A stretch of DNA of 61,396 nt, filler included, from Nemertoderma westbladi (Eukaryota; Animalia; Xenacoelomorpha), in assembly GCA_032718475.1 (NCBI GenBank). It is 3 parts of 3 records of this genome, joined end to end, with 100 filler letters (N's around TTAATTAATTAA, not from the genome) between each part and the next. Parts side by side here need not be neighbours in the genome. Positions count along the whole stretch, not along the records: positions 29,000 to 48,304 come from JAUCBJ010008453.1; 2 more parts are not named here. The stretch is one strand, 5' to 3'. Positions 34,890 to 46,200 of the stretch are shown here, piece by piece (within the stretch, counting starts at the first letter, position 1; each line of letters begins with the position of its first letter). Below the pieces are notes generated by a model, which saw only the letters and a program-made list of their open reading frames with translations, made no database searches and was not told where the DNA came from. The position numbers and the translations under genes were made by a program.

Positions 34890-35830
34890 TTTAATAGTTT
34901 GTGCGATGAATTTCCATTAAATGAGCCACCGTGGATAGCTTCACGCTCAATGTACAAAGATTTAGGCCATTAAATCACACCAGGCCATACTTTAAGCAAT
35001 CCATTATACATTGTGTTTACGGGTCCTAACATGAGATGTAACTCTGGGGGTGGTATCACATCAAGGAGCATGGTATCTTTGTCACTTATTGGGACTGGGG
35101 GATGGGCACAGTTTGCAAAGTCTTTGGCCTTCTTTGGATTCTTGGCAGCTTCTTCGTAGAAATCCCAAAATTTATTATCAATATTAGTAAGGGAACGTAT
35201 TTTGCCCACCTCACCAAGAGAATCCTTGTGAGCCTCACATCTGGTACAAGGGTAACACGAACTATGAGACATTAGCCCCAAAATAATATTAGCAAGTTTA
35301 AGATCCGTGGCTATAATATGAGTAGGGATAATCTTGGTTACAATGTCATTTAGTTTCATTTTCATCCAAACTTTGAGCACATTAGTATAGTTTTCCTGAA
35401 CATTAGGAGCAATGAACGGGATAAACAGCAGTTTTACTCCTGATTCATGATGTCTTCAAGCAGCGATACCATCTGTGTAATACTGCCTGGAAGCACAGTT
35501 TGACGTTTCAGACACAGTTTGAGGAATCCACCCCCTTCATCTAGACCAATCTTCCACTGACAATCTGACTCCCATTGGCGTTTCTAACTTCACTAGAAGC
35601 TCAACATCGATACAGAATACAGATTCTCTTTAAGTTAATTCATAGTTATTCGAATTAGCTTCCTTGAATATAAAGTTTACAGGTGATGAATCAAAGAACT
35701 CATCGACTTTGTTTTTTATATTGTGCAATTTGTCTTCCAAGTAGGTCTCAATACAATCTCTGCTGCTAATAGTTGTACGAATATGGGTTGCTAGGCGTAA
35801 TGTTTGGCAGTTTGGGTTGAACTCAGGTTC
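34890..35830 (-). pseudogene. Transib/RAG1-core-like (CMC-related) DDE transposase relic
   Basis: KIGLDEGGGFLK near 35520-35555, ESGVKLLFI, ENYTNV, DLKLANIILGLMSHSSCYPCTRC, PPPELHLMLGPVN, IHGGSFNGN; frameshifted. The superfamily call is inference from motifs. Confidence 0.7.
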
Positions 35831-36326
35831 ATGTCAACTTGGATACGTGATAATCCTATTGATTGATTGATTAATCCTATCCAGATGGATTCATACGGTG
35901 TAAACTATTAGTATTAGTCATATATTGATTTCTATTTGCAGCTATACAGCTATTTGTTAGTTTACCGAAACCACTATCCGTAGATGTAACGGCTGGTATC
36001 TAAGGTACCTTTTTAGTAGGAGAGTTTGTGTTGGTCTATCAGTTCGTTACTTTATTTCTTAAAACACACACCAATTATTTATTCATATAAACTGCTCCAT
36101 TTACTAACATTGCGCTACTTTGCTTCCACTACTGTAGCCTATGCAGCAGCAAGCATTTAATGTTTATTAGGTTGTGTTTTATATTGTTTAATTATGGCGT
36201 GTTAGTGTCGATATATTCATTCATTCGCAGAATATTGTATTTTAGTTCGTATTAAATTCGTATTCAATTTCAATTTTGTATTCAAGTAGTATTCAATATT
36301 CATTGAAGTATTCAATTTACCCTAAT

Positions 36327-36431
36327 ATGTTCAAGGAATCTCTTCTACTTTTAACTCTTGCAGCTCTTTTAGCTGTGGAGTGTCTTGGAGAGGACCATGT
36401 GAACTCAAACAAATTGGTTGAAAGAGGCAAT
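36327..36431 (+). CDS. First coding exon of a small secreted protein (signal peptide)
   Basis: MFKESLLLLTLAALLAVECLG-EDHVNSNKLVERGN, then phase-0 GTAAGT donor at 36432; TATAAA near 36086. Confidence 0.7.
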
Positions 36432-39400
36432 GTAAGTTTGTTATTTAATGTAGAATCAATGTGTTTGTAGAGCCATTGAAGTTCTAACTACATTTACAAT
36501 TAACTTTTGCTGTTAAAATATAAACCAAAACCTGCTAATTGCGTTCTACTGTAAGTACGATTGGTGCAAATCATGATTCCGTATTCAACGGCAGTAACCT
36601 TGTTAATTAAGGTACCGTATCAAGGTTTCTAATCAGACAATTTCGACAATACGTATGGTACTACATTCTGACTTACTGCCGTATGCTACCGGTACTGTGA
36701 AATTATTTCACTTAAGGAGCAGCGTTTTGCTTAAACAATTTTAAAATTATCTAAATTTATTTTCTATATTTCTGCAGTTTCGTAAATATTAATCAATATC
36801 TAATATATTTTGTTGGAAATATATCAAGTGGTCCGGTAGCTCAGCATATTGGTGTTAGGTTGTGTGTATAGTAGGTTTAAAGTTCGAATCCGACTTTGGG
36901 AATTGTATTTTTTTATAGTAGTTTATTTCAAATTTAAATATACCGCCTACTTAAATTACAGTTTGTTGAACAAATGCTGTGAATACACATTTGATTTATA
37001 GTTCGTTGGACCAATGAGATGCTTACATCTTTGATTTCATAATTTCCTGGACCAATGCGGTATTTAGGAATGTGATAGAATGTATAGAACTCGTTAGAAT
37101 GTATAGAATTCGATTCCACATCTGATTTTACTATAAAAGATGCGTTTGGCCTTTTTATCACTTCTTATTTGTAAAACTCATTTCTTATTAGTTTAAAACT
37201 TTATAAATTTGTTTGTAAATGTTTAGTTTTATATTTTGTAATTTTGTCCTTACGTATAATATACTTAAAACTCGAATTATGTAAGTTTTGAAACATTTAT
37301 TTGGGAAGACCCAGCCCGACATTGATCTATGGCGGCCTAAACCTTCAGACAACAGCGACGCAGGGGAGGGATTTCGGCAAGATGCGTAAGGAACCCACAC
37401 CAACGCCCTCACATTTTGGATATGAACCGCAAGCAAACAATGAGACTGCCCCCGCCCAGGTAAGACTTCTTTCGACGCCCTTCTGCCCACGTAAGACCTT
37501 AGATCGGGGTGGCTGTATTGACGTCCTGGGACGCCATAAAATTTAGGGACAATATCTTTGATCCAGGCAGATACCCCACAGTTGGCCTACACACATTTAC
37601 AGGTGCGAGCTGGTGCTAGCAGTGCGCATAGGTACACCAAGTGCAACTAGCACGCTCGATAATTTGATGACTGTAACGTACTAGCTATCGGTACCGGTTA
37701 GCAATGTAAGTAAGTGGCTGATCTGTCTGGGTTAAACGTTTTTATTGTCCAGGCAAAAGGGTAGTTTTCTTACTACTGACATACCATCTAGGCTAAAGGC
37801 GGTTACTAACATCTACCGCGCATTTGCCACGTACTGTACTGCTAGGTACTGCCGCATTAACACTGTGGCAGCAAAATTCTAGAACTAAATTTAAATACCA
37901 GATCAGCTAGCCGTACGGTAGTAAATTAACATCCTCTCTCAATTTCACAATCAGAATCTGGTATTAGGTGCCGATTACGGGCGTAGTATTAACACCGTAT
38001 TTACCTGATTGATTTGTGAATTCAGGAGGAGAGAGCCCTTTGACGTCATTTGTAAGTATTTTGTTTTTAGAGAGTGACTAGCTTATTCCAGCAGCTTAGC
38101 ACCCAATTATTTTAGTTAAAGGTCACCAACACCTAGTGAAATTATTGTGTACAAAATTGCGCTTTGCCATAACACACGCACACGCACACCCCCACACGCA
38201 TTTTAAGACTTCTGTTTGTCTACCTGATTCATTTAGATTTTGCCTGTCTTATTTGCCGACAGTACGCTAGTGGCCGCTAGCTAGTTACTTATACCCATAT
38301 AAATCACACCGCGGCAAGTCTACAGCAGTCGTAGGTCCATCAGCGTTAGATAGGATTCGCTGCGCGGGATTGATTCTCTGAGTTTGGTCTGTTTTCTGTA
38401 GACTGTATTTCTGCCTCACGGGTTAGAGACAGGTCATACCTGTTTGTCACGTTAGAACGGGCAATTGATACGCCCTAGTTCTAGCAGAAGACATCAGGCA
38501 CCGATCTCGCTAGCAGCAGTTTGTGTACTGTTAGTATCTATTAATAGGCTCTGACTGCGTTGTCATTCTACAGGTACAGGTGTACACAATAATATAAGGG
38601 CTATATAGCCAAAGCCTAGTACCAGGGGGATCCTGCATATAACTCCACATGCCTGAATATGTGTGTCATTAATAATTTTAGATCTGCAGTATATAGTTCA
38701 GCAATTGAATTTTCGAAATATATCAATATAAAAAATATATCTGGACTAAATCTTTGAAAGCACCTTTTTCAGCACCTTCAAAAGCATATTATTACAAATA
38801 TTGGATACTTTGGGTATATATTGGTAATTTTAAAAATTTTGGTCCTATCGTGCACACCAAAAAAACCACATTTTGCTAAAAAAAAATTTGAAATTTTACA
38901 TATTTCTGATCAGTACAGTTGAGACATTTGAATAAAACAAAGATTGGGTGTGGGCAATTTTTTTGAATAAAAAGTTGGTTCAGCTCCACTCGAGTGACAC
39001 CAAAAATAACAAATTTGGCTGAAAAAAATATGTCCATAAAAAATTTTAATTTTTTAATTTTTTTGATCAGTACAGCTAAGAGATCAAAAAAATTTTGGGC
39101 AATTTTTAACTAAATGTTTGTTCAAAGCCACTGTGAGATAATATTATATATCATAATCAATGGTCAGATAGCCCAGCATCAGTATCATATTTTAGCTCTT
39201 TAAATAATTTTTTAAATTAATTAATTTGTACTATTTTGTATATCTTGTATTAAAGAAGAAATAAAGTCGTTAATTGTAAGTTTTTGTGTTGACTAGTGAC
39301 GCTGCATTCTATGGCCTTACGTTTCGGGATATATAGAATATTCACCATCTTGTCCCTTTTAATACAACAACCTTAATAATACCACAGAGCATCCAAATCT

Positions 39401-40375
39401 TTTTTCTAATTTCAATTATATAGGCCTACTACGAAATTTGGTATGATGATAGTTCGACAAACCTTTCTTACTGCTAGCAGAGCCGGATTTTTCAATTTAT
39501 GACCTATTTCTATACAACAAGTCGTTAAAAATGGTCTCTTTTGCAATATTTAGCCACCTCTGTCTGCTTTATTTGTCATCTTTGTAATGTAATATAGATA
39601 GATATATATATATAATTAGAACCACCTTCATCAGCAGATTACGAATCTGAGAAATAACTTCCGGAGATATTATCATCAATTCAAATTTAAATACATGTTG
39701 ACACGTAAATCGATATAATTCTAATGTTTTTTTTTATTAAATTTTACAATATTTTTATGCATATTAATCAAGAAGCAAGATTGAAAGTAAGCTAAATAAA
39801 ATTTATATTCTAGAATAAAGACAAAAAAAACATTAGAATGATAGCTATTTGTGTCTCAAAATTGACACCTTAGTATTTTGATAATATCTCTGGTAGTTTT
39901 TGGTGAAATTTAAAACGGTTTTAAGATTCGGAATCTGCAGATGAAGGCGGTTCTAATGATATCCATATTACATACCAAATTGCGTAGCATATGATTGAAA
40001 TTTGAAAAAAAATATGGCATGGGGGGGGGGGGGGTGGTTGGCTCCGACTTGCTAAAAATGTTTGTTGTATTATTATGGTGGTAGATAGATTTATTAACAT
40101 ATTATGCAAAAACAAACAAATACACCAAACAATGTATATAGGATTACCCCTAAAGCTTTGCAGTTTATTTCCGAGGGGGTCTTTATATATGTTACTTGGT
40201 TATAAATATACCACACTGACCAAAAACTAAATATCAGTGAAAATAAGTCGTCAGACTTTGTGCATTACAATTTTACTTTAAATTATTTATTTAATTTAAT
40301 TGGTTTGTTGCAGCAGACCAGGTCTAATTGTAGTAGGTTATGTTGAAACTCAATGATATTTATTTGTATTTGCAG

Positions 40376-40519
40376 GACAATTTCTGGCCAGAAGACACGG
40401 GTCCTGCTGGTGATGTCATCGGGACATTCCCTAAAGATGGCACTACTGGGATTAAACGGGACGATGATAAAACTATTGTCTGTCCGCCAAGCATCATCAT
40501 ACCTTGCTACTACGAGTAG
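40376..40519 (+). CDS. Probable terminal exon of the same peptide precursor
   Basis: TTTGCAG acceptor, phase 0: DNFWPEDTGPAGDVIGTFPKDGTTGIKRDDDKTIVCPPSIIIPCYYE*; GC-richer than flanks. Confidence 0.6.
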   Translation, partial: DNFWPEDTGPAGDVIGTFPKDGTTGIKRDDDKTIVCPPSIIIPCYYE

Positions 40520-41029
40520 AAGAGTTTCATGTTTGTTTACATCAGATATCTAAACTTATTCCTACTGTTCTACAAATGAATATATAATATTAATTATAAA
40601 TACTCAAGTACCCATCCTTTTTACATAGTCCATTTCACTTGTTTTGCTGGTAAATCTGATACGATTATGCCACTTTTGGTGAGTGCTAGCTAGTGAATAT
40701 ACAATACAAATATAGGTACAAATTATTTACAAATATTGTATATATACAAATATATACAATGAATACATCAAACACTATGAAACAAATTATATTGAGAAAA
40801 AATATTGTATGATATTACAGTATGTATGATTATTTTTTTTGGTATACTCATTTTATTGGTTATTCGTGACCACAACTTTCCTGTATTTTTTCTGATGGTA
40901 GAGTGGAATGATATGCGTGTGGTGGTTCCACCAAATATTAACCTTTTCACTCTTTATTCGTGGGACAAAAATATTCGATATAGAGTTGTCACAAATGCTA
41001 AAGAGTACGAGTCTAAGGGTAGTATTATG

Positions 41030-41145
41030 TGAGTGTGCCAGAGAAGTAGATCTGGTATGACCTCGTCTTTACTTCGCCAGCAGTGCCCACTGAATCTTAA
41101 TCTGCGTTCACGGAGGGTGGTTGTATGTTGGGGGTGTAGTGGCAT
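41030..41145 (-). mobile_element. Short RTE-like LINE 3' fragment
   Basis: LRERRLRFSGHCWR...LLLW, the same motif as the larger copy at 50.7-51.4 kb. Confidence 0.65.
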
Positions 41146-43295
41146 CTAGTATGCAATCTCGTGCATTTCAACTATATAATACCGGCATATCAGATGACGT
41201 ACTGTAACGGTTGGTGGGTTGCTGTTTGCTGCATTCCTTTAGCTACTGCAGGCAGAAATGCTAGTTTATGGGGGATTTCCTAATATGGATTTATGTGTTT
41301 TTGACAGATATATTAGACCTGTTCCTGTATATTTATCACTTCTTTTAGCTTTTCATTACAATCTATTACAACTACATGCAATACAGCAGCTTAATGCTAA
41401 TAAATTTTATTCCCAAAAATTTTTGAATTATGAAACTGGCCTGCATAATACAGTATGTGTACAGTATGGCACTGCTACGTGAGATTAAGAGTGTCGCTCT
41501 GACGTCAGCTGGAGGATTTCAGACAGTTTGCAGAGCCGATATTCTAAGTATAGTTCCCCAGGGAAATAGTTCATGTTCATTATTCTATTCCCAACACTTC
41601 GTTCCAGCTTTAGGAATTGGTATAACAGGTGCATTTCATAATATTATTGTTAAATCAGTTGAGTTAATGGCGAAAAATGACCGCAAAGTCGCTAGTTTAG
41701 TTGCTACTAAATAAAGTCTTTGTTTATCCCACCAAACGAAATAATATGTTGGGCGCATATTATAGTGTTACTTGCCGAACATTCTTAAAAAACTTATTCG
41801 TTCGCACTTTGTCCTTGCTGTATATCGAAATATATTTGTTGCCAATTGGAAAGAATTTCAAAAAATCAAATTAACTAACCCAATGAATGCCCTTGAACAA
41901 TTTGCTGATAACAACTGGCCTTGCTCTCAATTGCATTTAAATTAATATTAATATGTCATATGACACGTGTCCCATAGGCCTTCTATCTTTACATATTTCA
42001 TTTTGTATTATTAGTACTAGGAATAATACGTCAACACAAAATCTAATATTAATATTAAAAGTCAGCTGGATATTGCAACTGTTTCTTTCCCTTTACAATA
42101 AATAATTCTGCCTCCCCGGGTGGAGTTTCAAGGCCATATAATAAACCGAGCACACATAGTGCTAATTGGACGTCATACGGGGCGATAAACGGACCTGAAA
42201 CCGCGTAGTAATTGTTGTATATTATTATTATATAATCTCCTGCGAACTTTAGTTTATAATTTCTGATATCAAATTGAAGACAATAAATTATTATATTGTA
42301 ATATAAAGAGGTTGTTCCGCCTACCATATTCTCTATTATGTATGTATGCACTGTATGTAACGCCTAATGTTATATACGGCAGATGGGGGGGGGGGGGGGG
42401 GGGGTTGAATTGTGACGTAATCGAAATGTATAATGAAGTTTCAGATTTAGAGAACATAAGGTGACATGACGAAATAAAATACATACCAAACTGATTACTC
42501 CCAGAAAAAATCAATACTCAATCAATTTATTCAAGTAAACTTACAGAGACACTGAAGTGCTTCAATCCGGTACATGTTTCTTATCGATGAAATTTATTTT
42601 CAATAATTTTCCAGAAAATTTATTATAAATGTATTTTTTTTTCACTAATTTCAAAATAAGTATGAAAGAGGGATAGTTCTGAAAGAGGACAATTACCGAA
42701 AGCTAACAAAAGCTACCGAAAGGATGCGAACGTTATCGAAAAGGATAAATTAGGGGTGTAAGTTATCCACCCATTAATTTTTTATGGTTAATCGCGAAAT
42801 ATAAATTCACTGACACGGTAAAGGCTCTACCGGGTGTTCCATAATGATCCCCCCCCCCTGGCCAGCCAAAACTGCCTAACTTGCACCTTGGTGTTAGTGT
42901 AATATATCATTCGAAAGAGAATTTAATTCTGAGCTTGCATGCGAAAATTTAGGGTCCAATTTAGGGTTTGGTTTGAGTTCAGTTTGATTATACCACAGAA
43001 TCACGACCCTCTCTAAAAGTAACATCTCTGATCCTGTCAACCATGCGTTTTTCTTCAGAGTCATCGAAGATTGCACTGGAAGTTATCATTCTAATTACAT
43101 ATGTTAGGCCTAATTCAGTAAAATTACCAAAGAAACACTAATACCAGTAACTGAAGACTGTAATATATTGCATTTACAGCAAAAGTCGGGCAGTAATAAC
43201 TGTTTAAACAGGGCTGCAAAGATGATGACTAACGCTGGATAAATTATATATTTTTTAATTGTGATTAAATCAAAAATATTGAAAAGTAAGATAGG

Positions 43296-46200
43296 TGATG
43301 TGTTGATAGATATAAAAGCAAATACTCTGCATGATAATTAATTATTATTTCCACTGACAGATAGAGCATACTGACTGACACTGACAGTTATATACCGGTA
43401 GTACGACCCGCCACCTATCTCCCTCAGACAAGTATTATAATTATATAATTATATAATTCATCAGTTTGAATTTCCCTCTCGCTCACTTTAAATCATTTAG
43501 ATTGATATCGTATCACGTCCCCCTCAAGTCGAAGGAGCATTAAAATGTGGATTCGATTTTTAGTCTCTTAAAGCATTGAAATTATGTAGATTGTTTCCAT
43601 GTAATTTATGTAGTTATTCCAAATCGTTGCACTGGGGAATGTTTTCTGGTACTACGACGAGGTGTCATTAGGATTTGGTTTTGTAATTCTGTTGGTATGT
43701 TTTGTTCTTTTGATGAGTTATTGTATGGACGCAAAAAGCGACGATTGCGCCAATATATGCGCCCACTACCGAGGCGAACCATATAATCCCGACGCTTCCC
43801 CACAGCAACAATAACACCGAGCTTGTCCCAAAGATGGTTACGTGGGTTTTGTATGTCAACTTGGCAACCAACCTTCAACTGTGTAAGGGAATGAGCCGTT
43901 CTATTGTAGTAATCTTTATAGTCATTACGGTACTGTTTATAGTTTGCATCAGCTTTATCAGCAGCTATTTGATAATCAGCTGTGAACGAATGGTGATGTG
44001 CCACCACAAATGATGAGAGAGGTCTACCAAATAGAATTTGTGCTGGGCTACGCCCATCGATTCTTGGGGTGTTTCTAAGCTCCAACAAACCTCTTTGTAG
44101 GGCTTCTTCTGGATCTGGTAGGTGAGCTGTTTTTTGAACTAATCGTTTTAGTGACTTCACAGCTGCCTCTGCATGGCCATTTGCTTTTGGATGATATGGA
44201 GATGATTTCTCATGATGTATGTTCCAGCGTTTGCAGAAATCAGTGAAACGTTTTGAATTGTATTGGGGTCCTCCGTCTGTTGTTAACTTTTGGGGTACAC
44301 CAACATTCGGGAACCAGTTACGCAATGATTGAATAACCTTTGTGCTGTTAGCTGATCCATGAAAACGGGTAAGACAGGGCCAACCAGATAACTTATCTAC
44401 AAAGGCAAGATAGTCATTACCTCCAAAGGTAAATATGTCGCTTGATGTTGATTGAAATGGTAATGATGGTGTTGGTTCAGATATAAGTGGCTCTGAAGGT
44501 AAATGACTTTGATATTTGCGGCAGCTACTGCAGTTAGAAACCTTGTTGTCAATATCATTATCAATATTGGGCCAGTATACTACTTGACGGGCTCTGCGTT
44601 TAGTGCGTTCTTGACCTTGATGTGAAGAATGCAATTCTTCTAATATTTTGCCGCGTAGTGCTTTGGGGATAAGTAGTCTTGCACCTTTGAGAATGATCCC
44701 ATTATCAGTGGTTAGTTCACCCCGTACTCCCCAATACTTATGCAGGGCAATGGGAAGGATAGATTTATTATCTGGAAAACCAGCGATTATGACTTCCAGG
44801 AGATCTTTGTATTCTGAGTCGGTGGTGGCAATTGAATGTATTGTATCAATACCAATATTTGGGAGGGCCACTATACCAAAGTCATCAACAGCTTGTAGGG
44901 TTCTTATAGATGGTGAAACTGTATCATGACATTCACCATCTTCATCTTCAGGATTGGAATGTTGAATTGGAGCCCGGGATAGAGCATCCGCTACCTTGTG
45001 TTCTTTGCCTGGGACCCAGGTTGCTTTAAATCGAAACTGTTGTAATTTAAGCAACATTCGTAGAAGTCTTGGATTTTCTACGTTATTAAGAGCATATGAG
45101 TTCAAGAATGGGAGTAATGGTTTATGATCAATTATTAATTGAAATTCTGTGCCCAGAAGGAAGTTTTGGCATTTTTTTGTAGCCCAAACCACAGCAAGAA
45201 GTTCTAACTCGATCATTGCATAACGTGTCTCCACGTCTGCAAGGTATCGACTTCCAACCTGTATGAGCTTCCAAGATGATCCGTCCAATTGCCATAAGGC
45301 ATAACCGAGACCCTTTGTCCGTGAAGCATCTGTTTCCAATTTTGTGGGAAGACGTAGGTCAAAAAATGATAAGGTCGGGGTGTCTGTGAGTGATTTGCAT
45401 GTTTTGTTAAAGGCATCCTGATGATTGGAATCCCATAGGAATTCTACTTGTTTGGTTAGTAATGAGCGAAGTGGTTCTGTAAGCTTTGCTACTTCTATAA
45501 ATTCTGCAAATTGTTGGGTAAGACCTAAGAAGGAACGTAGATCTGTCTTATTTGTGGGAATGGGAAAGTCTTGTATTGCTTTCAATTTGTCTGGATCTGT
45601 TTTCCAACCATCAGAATTAATAATGTATCCACAAAATTTAACTTCTGGTTTGGCAAATATGAATTTCTTAGCACTTAAAGTAATCCCATTATTTCGAGCA
45701 CATTGAAGGATCTGATGGACGCGTTCTAGATGTTTATTATAATCATTATCATATGCAATAGCATCATCCACAACTTTTTTGAAATTTTGTATCCCTTCAA
45801 AAGCTGCGTCTGTGCGACGATTATACTCATCCCCTGCACAAACAAAACCTTGTGGGTCACGAAGGTAACGATATCTACCCCATGGTGTTATGAATGTTGT
45901 TAATGCCCTTGATTTTTCATCTAAGGGGACTTGCCAATATCCATGTCTGGCATCGATTGTGGTAAAGTACGAAGAACCTCGTTGAATTCCTGAAATTGCA
46001 TCCTTTGGGGTTACACAGGGATGTATTACTGTATTTACCTGATTGTTGAGGTGAGTAAGATCCACTGTCATTCTTTTTTCAGTGGAGTGTGGCTTATCAA
46101 CTATAACAATAGGGTGACACCAGTTACAAGGTTGAGTTACTCTTTCAATGATTCCCTTCCCTTCCATATCATCGAGTTGGAGTTTTATCTGATCGCGATA

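Noticed and set aside
36830-36895. tRNA-like A/B boxes (also near 7570-7635, 26810-26870 and 49130-49160)
   Set aside because: No complete cloverleaf; best explained as SINE heads, not tRNA genes.
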